NCBI GenBank assembly: GCA_021791545.1
Contig: JAJYWL010000016.1
Location: forward strand, 219,704-283,703
Origin: a bacterium
Lineage (GTDB): Bacteria; Patescibacteriota; Microgenomatia; Levybacterales; UBA12049
Length of the DNA stretch: 64,000 nucleotides
Direction of reading: 5' to 3'
Within the stretch, counting starts at the first letter, position 1. Every line of letters starts with the position of its first letter. Below the pieces are notes generated by a model, which saw only the letters and a list, made by a program, of their open reading frames with translations, searched no databases and was not told the DNA's origin. Made by a program: the position numbers and the translations under genes. Shown piece by piece: positions 57,026 to 64,000 of the stretch.

Positions 57026-57799
57026 TTACCTGATTATCAGGAGCCAAAAAAGAAGAGTAAGGATGATTCTGTAAATTCCAAAAGGTATAAAACTATGAGT
57101 TTGTACGAAACTCAAAAACCATTTTACAGCGATTAGAGCAAAAATAAAAGCACCAAAAAATCCTACAAGTAGAATTACAATTTCGGAAGAAGTATAGTTA
57201 AAATTGCTTTTGACTAGATCTAGACCTGAAGCTGCAAGCATTGTGGGAACTGCGAGAAGGAAAGAAAATTCAGCTGCAGCTTTTCTTTTTGTTCCAAGAA
57301 AAAGAGCAGAAACGATCGTTGCGGCAGAACGTGAAACTCCCGGAATAACTGCAAGGCTTTGAAAAACTCCGATAAGAAATGCATTTTTATATGAAATTTC
57401 GTTTATCGTTGCAGCATGGTGTTCTTTTTCTTTATAGATCAGTTCTAAAGCTATTAAAGCGATACCTCCTATAAAAAGTGCAATTAGTGTTACGTATGTA
57501 TTTCCTAAAAGAAATTCTTTTATGAATTTAAAAAGGGCAAATCCTATTATTCCGGTAGGGATAAATGCCGTGATAATTCTTTTCCAGGCTTCTGTATCTT
57601 TTAGAAATGTCTTCCAGTACAAAACAACGATTGCAAATATTGCTCCTAACTGAATTATTATTTCGAAATCTTTTACAAAACTTGTCTGTGCAATTTTGAG
57701 GATATCCGAGGCTAAAATCATGTGCCCGGTTGAGGATATCGGAAGAAATTCGGTGATACCTTCAACGGCGGAGAGAATTATTGCATGAATAATATCCAT
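57026..57799 (-). CDS. uppP: Undecaprenyl-diphosphate phosphatase
   Basis: EGITEFLPISSTGH, IQLGA, PGVSRSAAT, AAEFSFLLAVP. Confidence 0.96.
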   Translation of the reverse strand: MDIIHAIILSAVEGITEFLPISSTGHMILASDILKIAQTSFVKDFEIIIQLGAIFAIVVLYWKTFLKDTEAWKRIITAFIPTGIIGFALFKFIKEFLLGNTYVTLIALFIGGIALIALELIYKEKEHHAATINEISYKNAFLIGVFQSLAVIPGVSRSAATIVSALFLGTKRKAAAEFSFLLAVPTMLAASGLDLVKSNFNYTSSEIVILLVGFFGAFIFALIAVKWFLSFVQTHSFIPFGIYRIILTLLFWLLIIR

Positions 57800-57853
57800 A
57801 AAAAGATTATATCAGAGTTTGCAAAGAGAATTTGGCTGAATTAGAATAAGTTA

Positions 57854-58207
57854 GTGGAAAAAAAAGAGAAAAAAGAAGAAGTTTCCTGGAATAAAAAGAG
57901 AATTTATTTAACTCTAGTATTAATAATATTAATACTAGGAGGTCTTTTTGCTGTTTATGCAAAAAATTATAAAGAAACAGCTGTTCTTAGTTCAAGAAAA
58001 GTCGTTGCCCCTCCCAGAATTGATCTTCAATCAGGTCTTGAAGACAAGATAAATAATATTAAGGCGGAAGCGGGAAATATAAATGTAACCGATATTGCAA
58101 CCTCTTCTCCTCAGGTGCAAAAAGTAATTAACGACCTTAGAAACCTTCAAAATTATCCTAAAAATCAGGTAAGGCAGGCCTGCGAAAATATCTGCAATAA
58201 TTTGTAA
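57854..58207 (+). CDS. Hypothetical single-TM protein
   Basis: GTG start with TTGCAA-17 nt-TAGAAT-6 nt. Confidence 0.75.
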   Translation: MEKKEKKEEVSWNKKRIYLTLVLIILILGGLFAVYAKNYKETAVLSSRKVVAPPRIDLQSGLEDKINNIKAEAGNINVTDIATSSPQVQKVINDLRNLQNYPKNQVRQACENICNNL

Positions 58208-58209
58208 AC

Positions 58210-59214
58210 ATGGAAGAATTAAAGCAAAGAGTAGAAAAATTACTTGAAAATTTAGATCTCGAAGAAAAAAGAAAAAAAATAAGGGAAATCGAGGCTGAAA
58301 GCGCTAATCCTATTTTTTGGCAAAACCATGAGGAAGCAGCCGAGAAAATGAAAGAGATGTCCGTTCTTTCCGAAGAAATCAAAAAAGCGGAAAGCCTCGA
58401 AGAACATCTTAAATCCGAAAATACGGAGGAGCTTACAAAACTTCTCGATGAACTTGAGAACGTTTTATATTTTTCAAAGCCCTATGACAAGGGTCCTGCC
58501 CTATTGTCATTGCATTCGGGTCAGGGGGGAGTAGAGGCAATGGATTGGACAGGGATGCTTTATAGAATGTATACAAGATTTTTTGAGAAAAAAGGATGGG
58601 AGTTTGAAGTAATCGAAGAAACTCCGGGAGAAGAAGCAGGTTTTAAAAGCATAACAATTTCTGTTAACGGGCCTTATGCCTACGGATATTTGAGAGGAGA
58701 AGCCGGGGTACATAGGCTTGTAAGGCAGTCGCCATTTAACGCGGATAACTTAAGACAAACCTCCTTTGCTTTGGTCGAAGTTCTTCCCGATATTCAAGGA
58801 GACGAGGGTTTAGAGATTAAAGAAGACGATCTTGAATGGGACTTTTTTAGGGCCGGAGGGCATGGAGGACAGAATGTAAATAAAGTATCTACAGCCGTAA
58901 GGCTTAAACATAAGCCTTCCGGTCTTGTTGTCACTGCGCAAAGCGAAAGGTATCAGGGAAAAAATAGGGAATATGCGTTAAGGATATTAAGAGCAAAGCT
59001 TTGGTCTTTAAAAGAAGAAGAAAGGAAAAAGGAGGAGGCAAAGCTTAAGGGTGGGTATAAAACACCTGGATGGGGAAATCAGATAAGATCATATGTTCTC
59101 CATCCATATAAAATGGTGAAAGACTTAAGAACTGATGCGGAGACCTCAAATGCGGAGTCTGTTCTGGATGGGAATATAGATTTGTTTATCGACGAAGAAT
59201 TGAGAGTCCTATAA
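58210..59214 (+). CDS. prfB: Peptide chain release factor 2, no frameshift
   Basis: SPF recognition motif (VRQSPF), GGQ, WGNQIRSYV. Confidence 0.97.
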   Translation: MEELKQRVEKLLENLDLEEKRKKIREIEAESANPIFWQNHEEAAEKMKEMSVLSEEIKKAESLEEHLKSENTEELTKLLDELENVLYFSKPYDKGPALLSLHSGQGGVEAMDWTGMLYRMYTRFFEKKGWEFEVIEETPGEEAGFKSITISVNGPYAYGYLRGEAGVHRLVRQSPFNADNLRQTSFALVEVLPDIQGDEGLEIKEDDLEWDFFRAGGHGGQNVNKVSTAVRLKHKPSGLVVTAQSERYQGKNREYALRILRAKLWSLKEEERKKEEAKLKGGYKTPGWGNQIRSYVLHPYKMVKDLRTDAETSNAESVLDGNIDLFIDEELRVL

Positions 59215-59261
59215 TACCTCTTGGGTTGCCAAAATGGCTGAAATATGTTTTACTAAGTAGT

Positions 59262-59729
59262 ATGGACGAAAACATGCAAAAAAAAGAAAACGAGAGTCTA
59301 GTTCATAGCTTCAATCAAAATCCAAATTTCAAGTTTACTCCTAAGCTTTTAGCCTTATTTTTAGTACTTATCGTTGCAGGAATTTTAACAGGCTATCTGG
59401 TTTCAAATCAGCCTGTGGGTTCAAAAAGCTCTAATACAGGCACAACCGCAGGTTCTAATTCTTCAGTTAAAAAAGGAACAATAGAGGGTTCCAATGACAC
59501 AGGCACTTTTAAAGATACTGCAGAGGGAGTTTTAAAACAAGGCGGAATAGACGGTGAAGGAGCTTTCCACTTGGTAAGACCCGGAGGCGACAGTCAAAAT
59601 GTATACCTTACCTCATCGATTGTTGATTTATCAAAGTACGTCGATGCAAAAGTTAAAGTTTGGGGGCAGACCCAAAAAGCTCAGGTTGCCGGTTGGTTGA
59701 TGGATGTAGGCAGAATCGAAGCACTCTAA
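59262..59729 (+). CDS. Hypothetical single-TM protein with a C-terminal beta domain
   Basis: TM helix, S/T linker, beta-rich C-terminus. Confidence 0.7.
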   Translation: MDENMQKKENESLVHSFNQNPNFKFTPKLLALFLVLIVAGILTGYLVSNQPVGSKSSNTGTTAGSNSSVKKGTIEGSNDTGTFKDTAEGVLKQGGIDGEGAFHLVRPGGDSQNVYLTSSIVDLSKYVDAKVKVWGQTQKAQVAGWLMDVGRIEAL

Positions 59730-59736
59730 AAGGCCT

Positions 59737-60543
59737 ATGATTAAATTAGATAACGTTTCCAAAAAATTTGCTACAGGTGTATATGGTCTTTCAAGTGTAA
59801 ATCTCGATATTGATAAGGGAGAATTCGTTTTTCTTATTGGTCCCACAGGTTCAGGAAAAACAACAATTTTTCGTCTTCTTACAAGAGAAATGCTTCCGAC
59901 AGAAGGAAATATAATGGTAAACGAGATGGACGTCGTGAATCTCCCAAATAGTAAGATTCCGCATTTAAGAAAAAACATAGGAGTCATCTTTCAAGATTTG
60001 AAACTTCTTTTCGATAGAACTATTTCTGAAAATATAATGCTTCCTTTGGAAGTCGCAGGTGTAAAAACCGAAGAAGCAAAAAATAAGGTCCAGGAAGTAC
60101 TGGAGCAGGTGGGATTAAAAGATCATCAGGATAAATTTCCAATTCAGCTGTCGGGTGGAGAATTGCAAAGAGCTGCTATAGCAAGAGCATTAGTTCTTTC
60201 TCCCGACATTCTTTTAGCAGATGAGCCGACGGGAAATCTTGATCCTGCGACTTCTTGGGAGATAGTAAATCTTTTAATGGAAATAAATAAAAAAGGTACG
60301 ACCATAGTAATGGCGACGCATAACGCAGACATTGTAAAAAGCCTTTCGAGAAGAGTAGTTGAACTTGAAAAAGGAAAAGTTGCAAAAGACACAAAAAGAA
60401 AAGATAAAAAAGAAAAGGAAGAAGTTAAGGAAAAAGAAGAAGTAAAAGAAAAAGACTTAAAAGAGGAAAAGGAGCCTAAGGAAGAGAAAGAACATAAGGA
60501 AGAGAAAAAAGATAAAGATGAAAAAGGGGAGGAAAAAGAATGA
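59737..60543 (+). CDS. ftsE: Cell division ATP-binding protein FtsE with an E/K-rich tail
   Basis: GPTGSGKTT, VIFQD, LSGGELQR, DEPTGNLD; upstream of ftsX. Confidence 0.92.
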   Translation: MIKLDNVSKKFATGVYGLSSVNLDIDKGEFVFLIGPTGSGKTTIFRLLTREMLPTEGNIMVNEMDVVNLPNSKIPHLRKNIGVIFQDLKLLFDRTISENIMLPLEVAGVKTEEAKNKVQEVLEQVGLKDHQDKFPIQLSGGELQRAAIARALVLSPDILLADEPTGNLDPATSWEIVNLLMEINKKGTTIVMATHNADIVKSLSRRVVELEKGKVAKDTKRKDKKEKEEVKEKEEVKEKDLKEEKEPKEEKEHKEEKKDKDEKGEEKE

Positions 60544-61406
60544 ATTTTTTTAAACAAGCAGGAAGAAATATCAGAAGATCTCCATACCAGGCAATAGCAG
60601 CTGTTCTTATCATGATGCTTACTTTTCTGGTAGTTTCTTTCTTTACTTTTATTTTAGTAGGATCTTCGAAAATAATTTCGTATTTTGAATCGAAACCTCA
60701 AGTTACAGCTTTTTTTAAGAATGAGGCAAAACAAAGTGATATTGATTCTCTTAAGGAAAAATTACAGGCAACAGGAGAGATTTCATCGATTAAGTTTGTT
60801 TCCAAGGAAGAGGCGTTAAAGATTTACAAAGAACAGAATAAAGACGATCCTTTACTTTTGGATTTGGTTACGGCAGATGTCTTGCCTTCATCTTTTGAGA
60901 TATCAACAAACAAGATTGAGGATCTTTCTCCCGTTTCAGATACGCTTAAAAAATCTTCAATCGTTTCGGATGTAGTATTCCAAAAGGATGTAGTTTCGAC
61001 TCTAGCTTCCTGGACTAATGCAATAAGAAAGATAGGTGTTGTTCTTATTGTTCTTCTTTCCCTTGTATCCATATTTATCATGGTCACAATCATAGGAATT
61101 AAGATTTCTCAAAGAAGAGAAGACATAGAAATAATGAGACTAATTGGTGCCGGAGGATGGTACATAAGATGGCCATTTATATTTGAAGGAATTTTCTATG
61201 GAGTAGTTGGTGCGCTTCTAGGTTGGGCAATAGCATCCGGAGTTCTTGTTTGGGCGACTCCTTTCTTGGAGTCGTTCTTGAAGGGAATTCCAATTCTTCC
61301 TGTCCCTATTGTTTTTTATCTTGCCCTCTTGGGAATAGAACTCTTGTTGGCAGTACTACTTGGAGCTTTTTCAAGTTTCCTTGCAGTACTTAGATATTTG
61401 AAATAA
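60540..61406 (+). CDS. ftsX: Cell division protein FtsX
   Basis: FVSKEEAL, RREDIEIMRLIGA..YIRWPFIFEG. Confidence 0.93.
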   Translation: MNFFKQAGRNIRRSPYQAIAAVLIMMLTFLVVSFFTFILVGSSKIISYFESKPQVTAFFKNEAKQSDIDSLKEKLQATGEISSIKFVSKEEALKIYKEQNKDDPLLLDLVTADVLPSSFEISTNKIEDLSPVSDTLKKSSIVSDVVFQKDVVSTLASWTNAIRKIGVVLIVLLSLVSIFIMVTIIGIKISQRREDIEIMRLIGAGGWYIRWPFIFEGIFYGVVGALLGWAIASGVLVWATPFLESFLKGIPILPVPIVFYLALLGIELLLAVLLGAFSSFLAVLRYLK

Positions 61407-61415
61407 ATATGCCTT

Positions 61416-62681
61416 ATGTTTTTAAAGAAAAAATATATAGCAGGAATTCTTACAATAGTTCTTCTGTTTAGCCTATTTTTAGGTAAAGTTCATTCGCAGA
61501 CTGCAACCCCTACACCAACACCTACCCCTGACAATTCTCAAGCAATTACAGATTTGCAGAATAAAATACAAGATTTACAAAACAAGATATCTGATCTTCA
61601 AGGTCAGGAAAAAACTTTATCTTCTCAAATTTCTGTAATGGATAGTCAAATTAAATTGACAGAATACAAAATTGAAGCAACTCAAGAACAAATAACAAGT
61701 ATAACTATGGATATAGATACTGCGGAAAAGAAGATATCAAGCTTACAGAGTGCTTTAAATAATTCCATTACTGTTCTTTTAAATAGGATTGTGACGACAT
61801 ATGAAGTGGGTTCCATTCAGCCTCTTCAGATTCTGCTTACTTCGGGTTCAGCTTCAGATTTTCTTACAAGACTTAACTATTTAAAGCTTGCTCAGGCTCA
61901 TGATAGAAAATTAATTTATGATACCCAACAAGCTAAAACAGATTATTCCAATCAGAAAACAATTTTTGAGGATCAGAAAAAACAGGTAGAGGCATTAAAT
62001 AAACAACTTCAGGATTACAATAATCAGCTTGATCAAGAGAAAGCAGCAAAACAAACTTTACTCACTCAAACACAAGGAAGTGAGGCTAATTATCAAACTA
62101 TGCTTGCTCAGGCAAAAGCAGAACTATCGGCATTGTCAAGTTTTGCAAACGCTAGGGTAGGAGCTGGTGGACAGACTGTTCCTCATTCGGATATGTCTGA
62201 CGGCTTTGGTAAATATTATAACCAAAGGGATTCGAATTGGGGAAATAATTTCATAGGACAATCTAGTTATCAAATTTGGCAAGTTGGTTGTCTTCTTACA
62301 TCATATGCCATGGCTGCTTCTCATTTTGGAGGAAACGTAACTCCAGCAGATGTCGCTGCGAATACTGGAAATTTTTGGTCTTCCACTGCTGAATTTAACA
62401 TTCCTGGACCTTCTGCAAATGGGCACTCTGCTCAGTATGTAGAAAATCCTTCTTTAGATGATTTAAGAAACGCCCTCAACTCGGGAGCAGTGATAGTAGC
62501 AGGACTTTCTGCAGATGGGGGTCCCTATCCAAGTCACTATTCAGACCATTGGGTTGTATTAAGATCAGTGGATGGAGGTAGTTTTAGAATAAATGATCCT
62601 TGGTATGAGGGAGCTATGAACGTTTCCCTTAACGATCATTATTCTGGCTGGACTATAATTGAAGCAAGAATTTATAGATAA
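61416..62681 (+). CDS. PcsB/CwlO-like coiled-coil protein with a C39-like cysteine peptidase domain
   Basis: Signal peptide, long coiled coil, YNQRD..GCLLTS..HWVVL..INDPW; follows ftsEX. Confidence 0.8.
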   Translation: MFLKKKYIAGILTIVLLFSLFLGKVHSQTATPTPTPTPDNSQAITDLQNKIQDLQNKISDLQGQEKTLSSQISVMDSQIKLTEYKIEATQEQITSITMDIDTAEKKISSLQSALNNSITVLLNRIVTTYEVGSIQPLQILLTSGSASDFLTRLNYLKLAQAHDRKLIYDTQQAKTDYSNQKTIFEDQKKQVEALNKQLQDYNNQLDQEKAAKQTLLTQTQGSEANYQTMLAQAKAELSALSSFANARVGAGGQTVPHSDMSDGFGKYYNQRDSNWGNNFIGQSSYQIWQVGCLLTSYAMAASHFGGNVTPADVAANTGNFWSSTAEFNIPGPSANGHSAQYVENPSLDDLRNALNSGAVIVAGLSADGGPYPSHYSDHWVVLRSVDGGSFRINDPWYEGAMNVSLNDHYSGWTIIEARIYR

Positions 62682-63493
62682 ATAAGATAAAAAGAATAGC
62701 CCTTACTATTTGTCTTGTTTTTCTTAGCCTCTTTTTTTGGGGAACTAAAGCTTTTGCCGCAAGAAGTATATCTATCATCTCCCTAGATAAAGACACTGTA
62801 AAAGGAGAAGAAGAAATAACAGTAAATGCATCTCCCTCAGGATTTTTAACAGGGGAAGAATGTTATGTAAAAGGAGCTTTTTATCAGGATGGTTCAAGTA
62901 CAAATTATTTTGGGTATACAAAAAATGGTGATTCTTGGATAAAAAATAGCGAGTCAACAACTAATCAAAAAAAGGTAAGTCTAGATAGTTGGGATGGAAA
63001 GATTACGGTTAAAAGTGATTTTTCCGATAGCGGATATAAAGGAGAAGGAAGTTATAAATTTAAGCTTGGTTTTTATTACATAAAATCTACAGGTGATCCA
63101 TCATCGGTAAACTGGTCTTCAAATACTTCGGATATTACAATAAATGAAAACGATCCAACACCTACTTTTACAATTACTCCTGAAAAAACTCCTACACCGA
63201 CTACAACTCCTACCTTAACTCCAACTCCAGGTATAACTCCCTTGGCAACTTTAGTGTCTCCTTCTCAAATCGAACAAGAAGTTCTTGCTACCGAAAGCTC
63301 TTTCAATCTTCTTACTTTTTCTACTCCCTCTGCTACTCCTAAACAAAAAATCAAAGCTTTTGCCTCTTCTAAAACAAACCTTCTTCTTCCAATATTTATG
63401 TTAGTAGGCTTTGTCTTTCTCCTTACTTGTGGTATATTAATTTCTCGAAATATAATAAAGGGAAGAAATGAAATATTTAACAAAAAATTATGA
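62678..63493 (+). CDS. 271-aa exported protein: signal peptide, beta domain, PT-rich linker, C-terminal TM; apparent ATA start
   Basis: Frame open from 62678 with no in-frame ATG/GTG/TTG until 63242; KIKRIALTICLVFLSLFFWGTKAFA signal peptide. Confidence 0.75.
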   Translation: MNKIKRIALTICLVFLSLFFWGTKAFAARSISIISLDKDTVKGEEEITVNASPSGFLTGEECYVKGAFYQDGSSTNYFGYTKNGDSWIKNSESTTNQKKVSLDSWDGKITVKSDFSDSGYKGEGSYKFKLGFYYIKSTGDPSSVNWSSNTSDITINENDPTPTFTITPEKTPTPTTTPTLTPTPGITPLATLVSPSQIEQEVLATESSFNLLTFSTPSATPKQKIKAFASSKTNLLLPIFMLVGFVFLLTCGILISRNIIKGRNEIFNKKL

Positions 63494-63899
63494 AGAAACC
63501 CAAAAACTCGGAGAAGAGTTTTCAAAGCGTTTAAAAGGGGGAGACGTAATACTTCTTTATGGAGACTTGGGTGGGGGAAAGACTACTTTTGTTCAGGGGT
63601 TGGCAAAGGGATTAGGGGTTAAAAGAAGAATAATTTCTCCTACTTTCATAATAATGAGAAGCCATAAAATTGATAAAGGAGAAGTTAAAGATTTCTATCA
63701 TCTTGATTTATACAGAATAAAATCTAAAGACGATGTCGACGGTTTAGGTCTTGATGAGATTATAGGAAACAAGGAATCGATAGTGGCTATAGAATGGCCG
63801 GAAAGACTTTATGATGTTAGGGACGATGCCATCAGGATATATTTTGAAAACGAGGATGAAAATGAAAGGAGCATAGAAATTAATGGAAGAGATTTCTAA
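63468..63899 (+). CDS. tsaE: t6A biosynthesis ATPase TsaE
   Basis: GDLGGGKTTF, SPTFII, HLDLYR, IEWPE. Confidence 0.96.
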   Translation: MKYLTKNYEETQKLGEEFSKRLKGGDVILLYGDLGGGKTTFVQGLAKGLGVKRRIISPTFIIMRSHKIDKGEVKDFYHLDLYRIKSKDDVDGLGLDEIIGNKESIVAIEWPERLYDVRDDAIRIYFENEDENERSIEINGRDF

Positions 63900-64000
63900 A
63901 GCAATTGAAATACTTAATCAGGGTGGAATAGTAATTTTCCCTACAGATACAGCTTATGGAATTGGTTGTAGGATAGATAAGGAAGACTCAGTAAAAAGAT
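63883..64000 (+). CDS. tsaC: L-threonylcarbamoyladenylate synthase TsaC/Sua5, N-terminal part (runs off window)
   Basis: MEEISKAIEILNQGGIVIFPTDTAYGIGC. Confidence 0.9.
   Translation, partial: MEEISKAIEILNQGGIVIFPTDTAYGIGCRIDKEDSVKR

Noticed and set aside
58210-58270. Programmed +1 frameshift in prfB
   Set aside because: The frame is continuous (TTA GAT at the usual position); there is no CTT-TGA-C slippery site.
60390-60543. Tandem DNA repeat in the ftsE tail
   Set aside because: Low-complexity E/K coding sequence without a fixed repeat unit.
1-64000. CRISPR array, rRNA, tmRNA, SRP RNA
   Set aside because: No regularly spaced repeats or recognisable conserved motifs of these RNAs were seen by eye.
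1-64000. Alternative genetic code 25 (TGA=Gly)
   Set aside because: Conserved genes are full length under code 11, and TGA ends genes such as ftsE in an ATGA overlap.

Overview
AT-rich window from a Patescibacteria/CPR genome, probably Microgenomates. This is an inference from: no rpmD/uL30 between rpsE and rplO, a class I LysRS, compact genes mostly lacking a Shine-Dalgarno (SD) sequence, and TGA used as stop. 1-10.8 kb holds the end of the spc operon, the alpha operon and rplM-rpsI. 12240-23534 is an ~11.3 kb integrative element in the 3' end of tRNA-Pro(GGG), carrying a large serine recombinase, a Replic_Relax-like protein, an XRE regulator, DUF3800 and cargo genes. Its GTCGG crossover appears to lie inside the recombinase gene: the left junction holds an in-frame 46-aa C-terminal extension that would be rejoined only on excision. 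23.6-64 kb is housekeeping: recA-recX-rny, HU, RNase P RNA, a helicase-nuclease, rmuC, tsaD, greA, kbl-tdh, lysS, serS, secA, a stress/two-component cluster, prfB, ftsEX with a hydrolase, and tsaE-tsaC. Features missed by the ORF track include rpmJ, an ATA-started 271-aa surface protein, a stand-alone 13-aa Lys-rich micropeptide unit, a trp-like leader-peptide attenuator upstream of lysS, a greA leader terminator, a promoter-driven hairpin RNA abutting DUF3800, and a window-wide leaderless (-10 box + 6 nt + start codon) promoter architecture. All family calls come from motif recognition by eye, with no database search.
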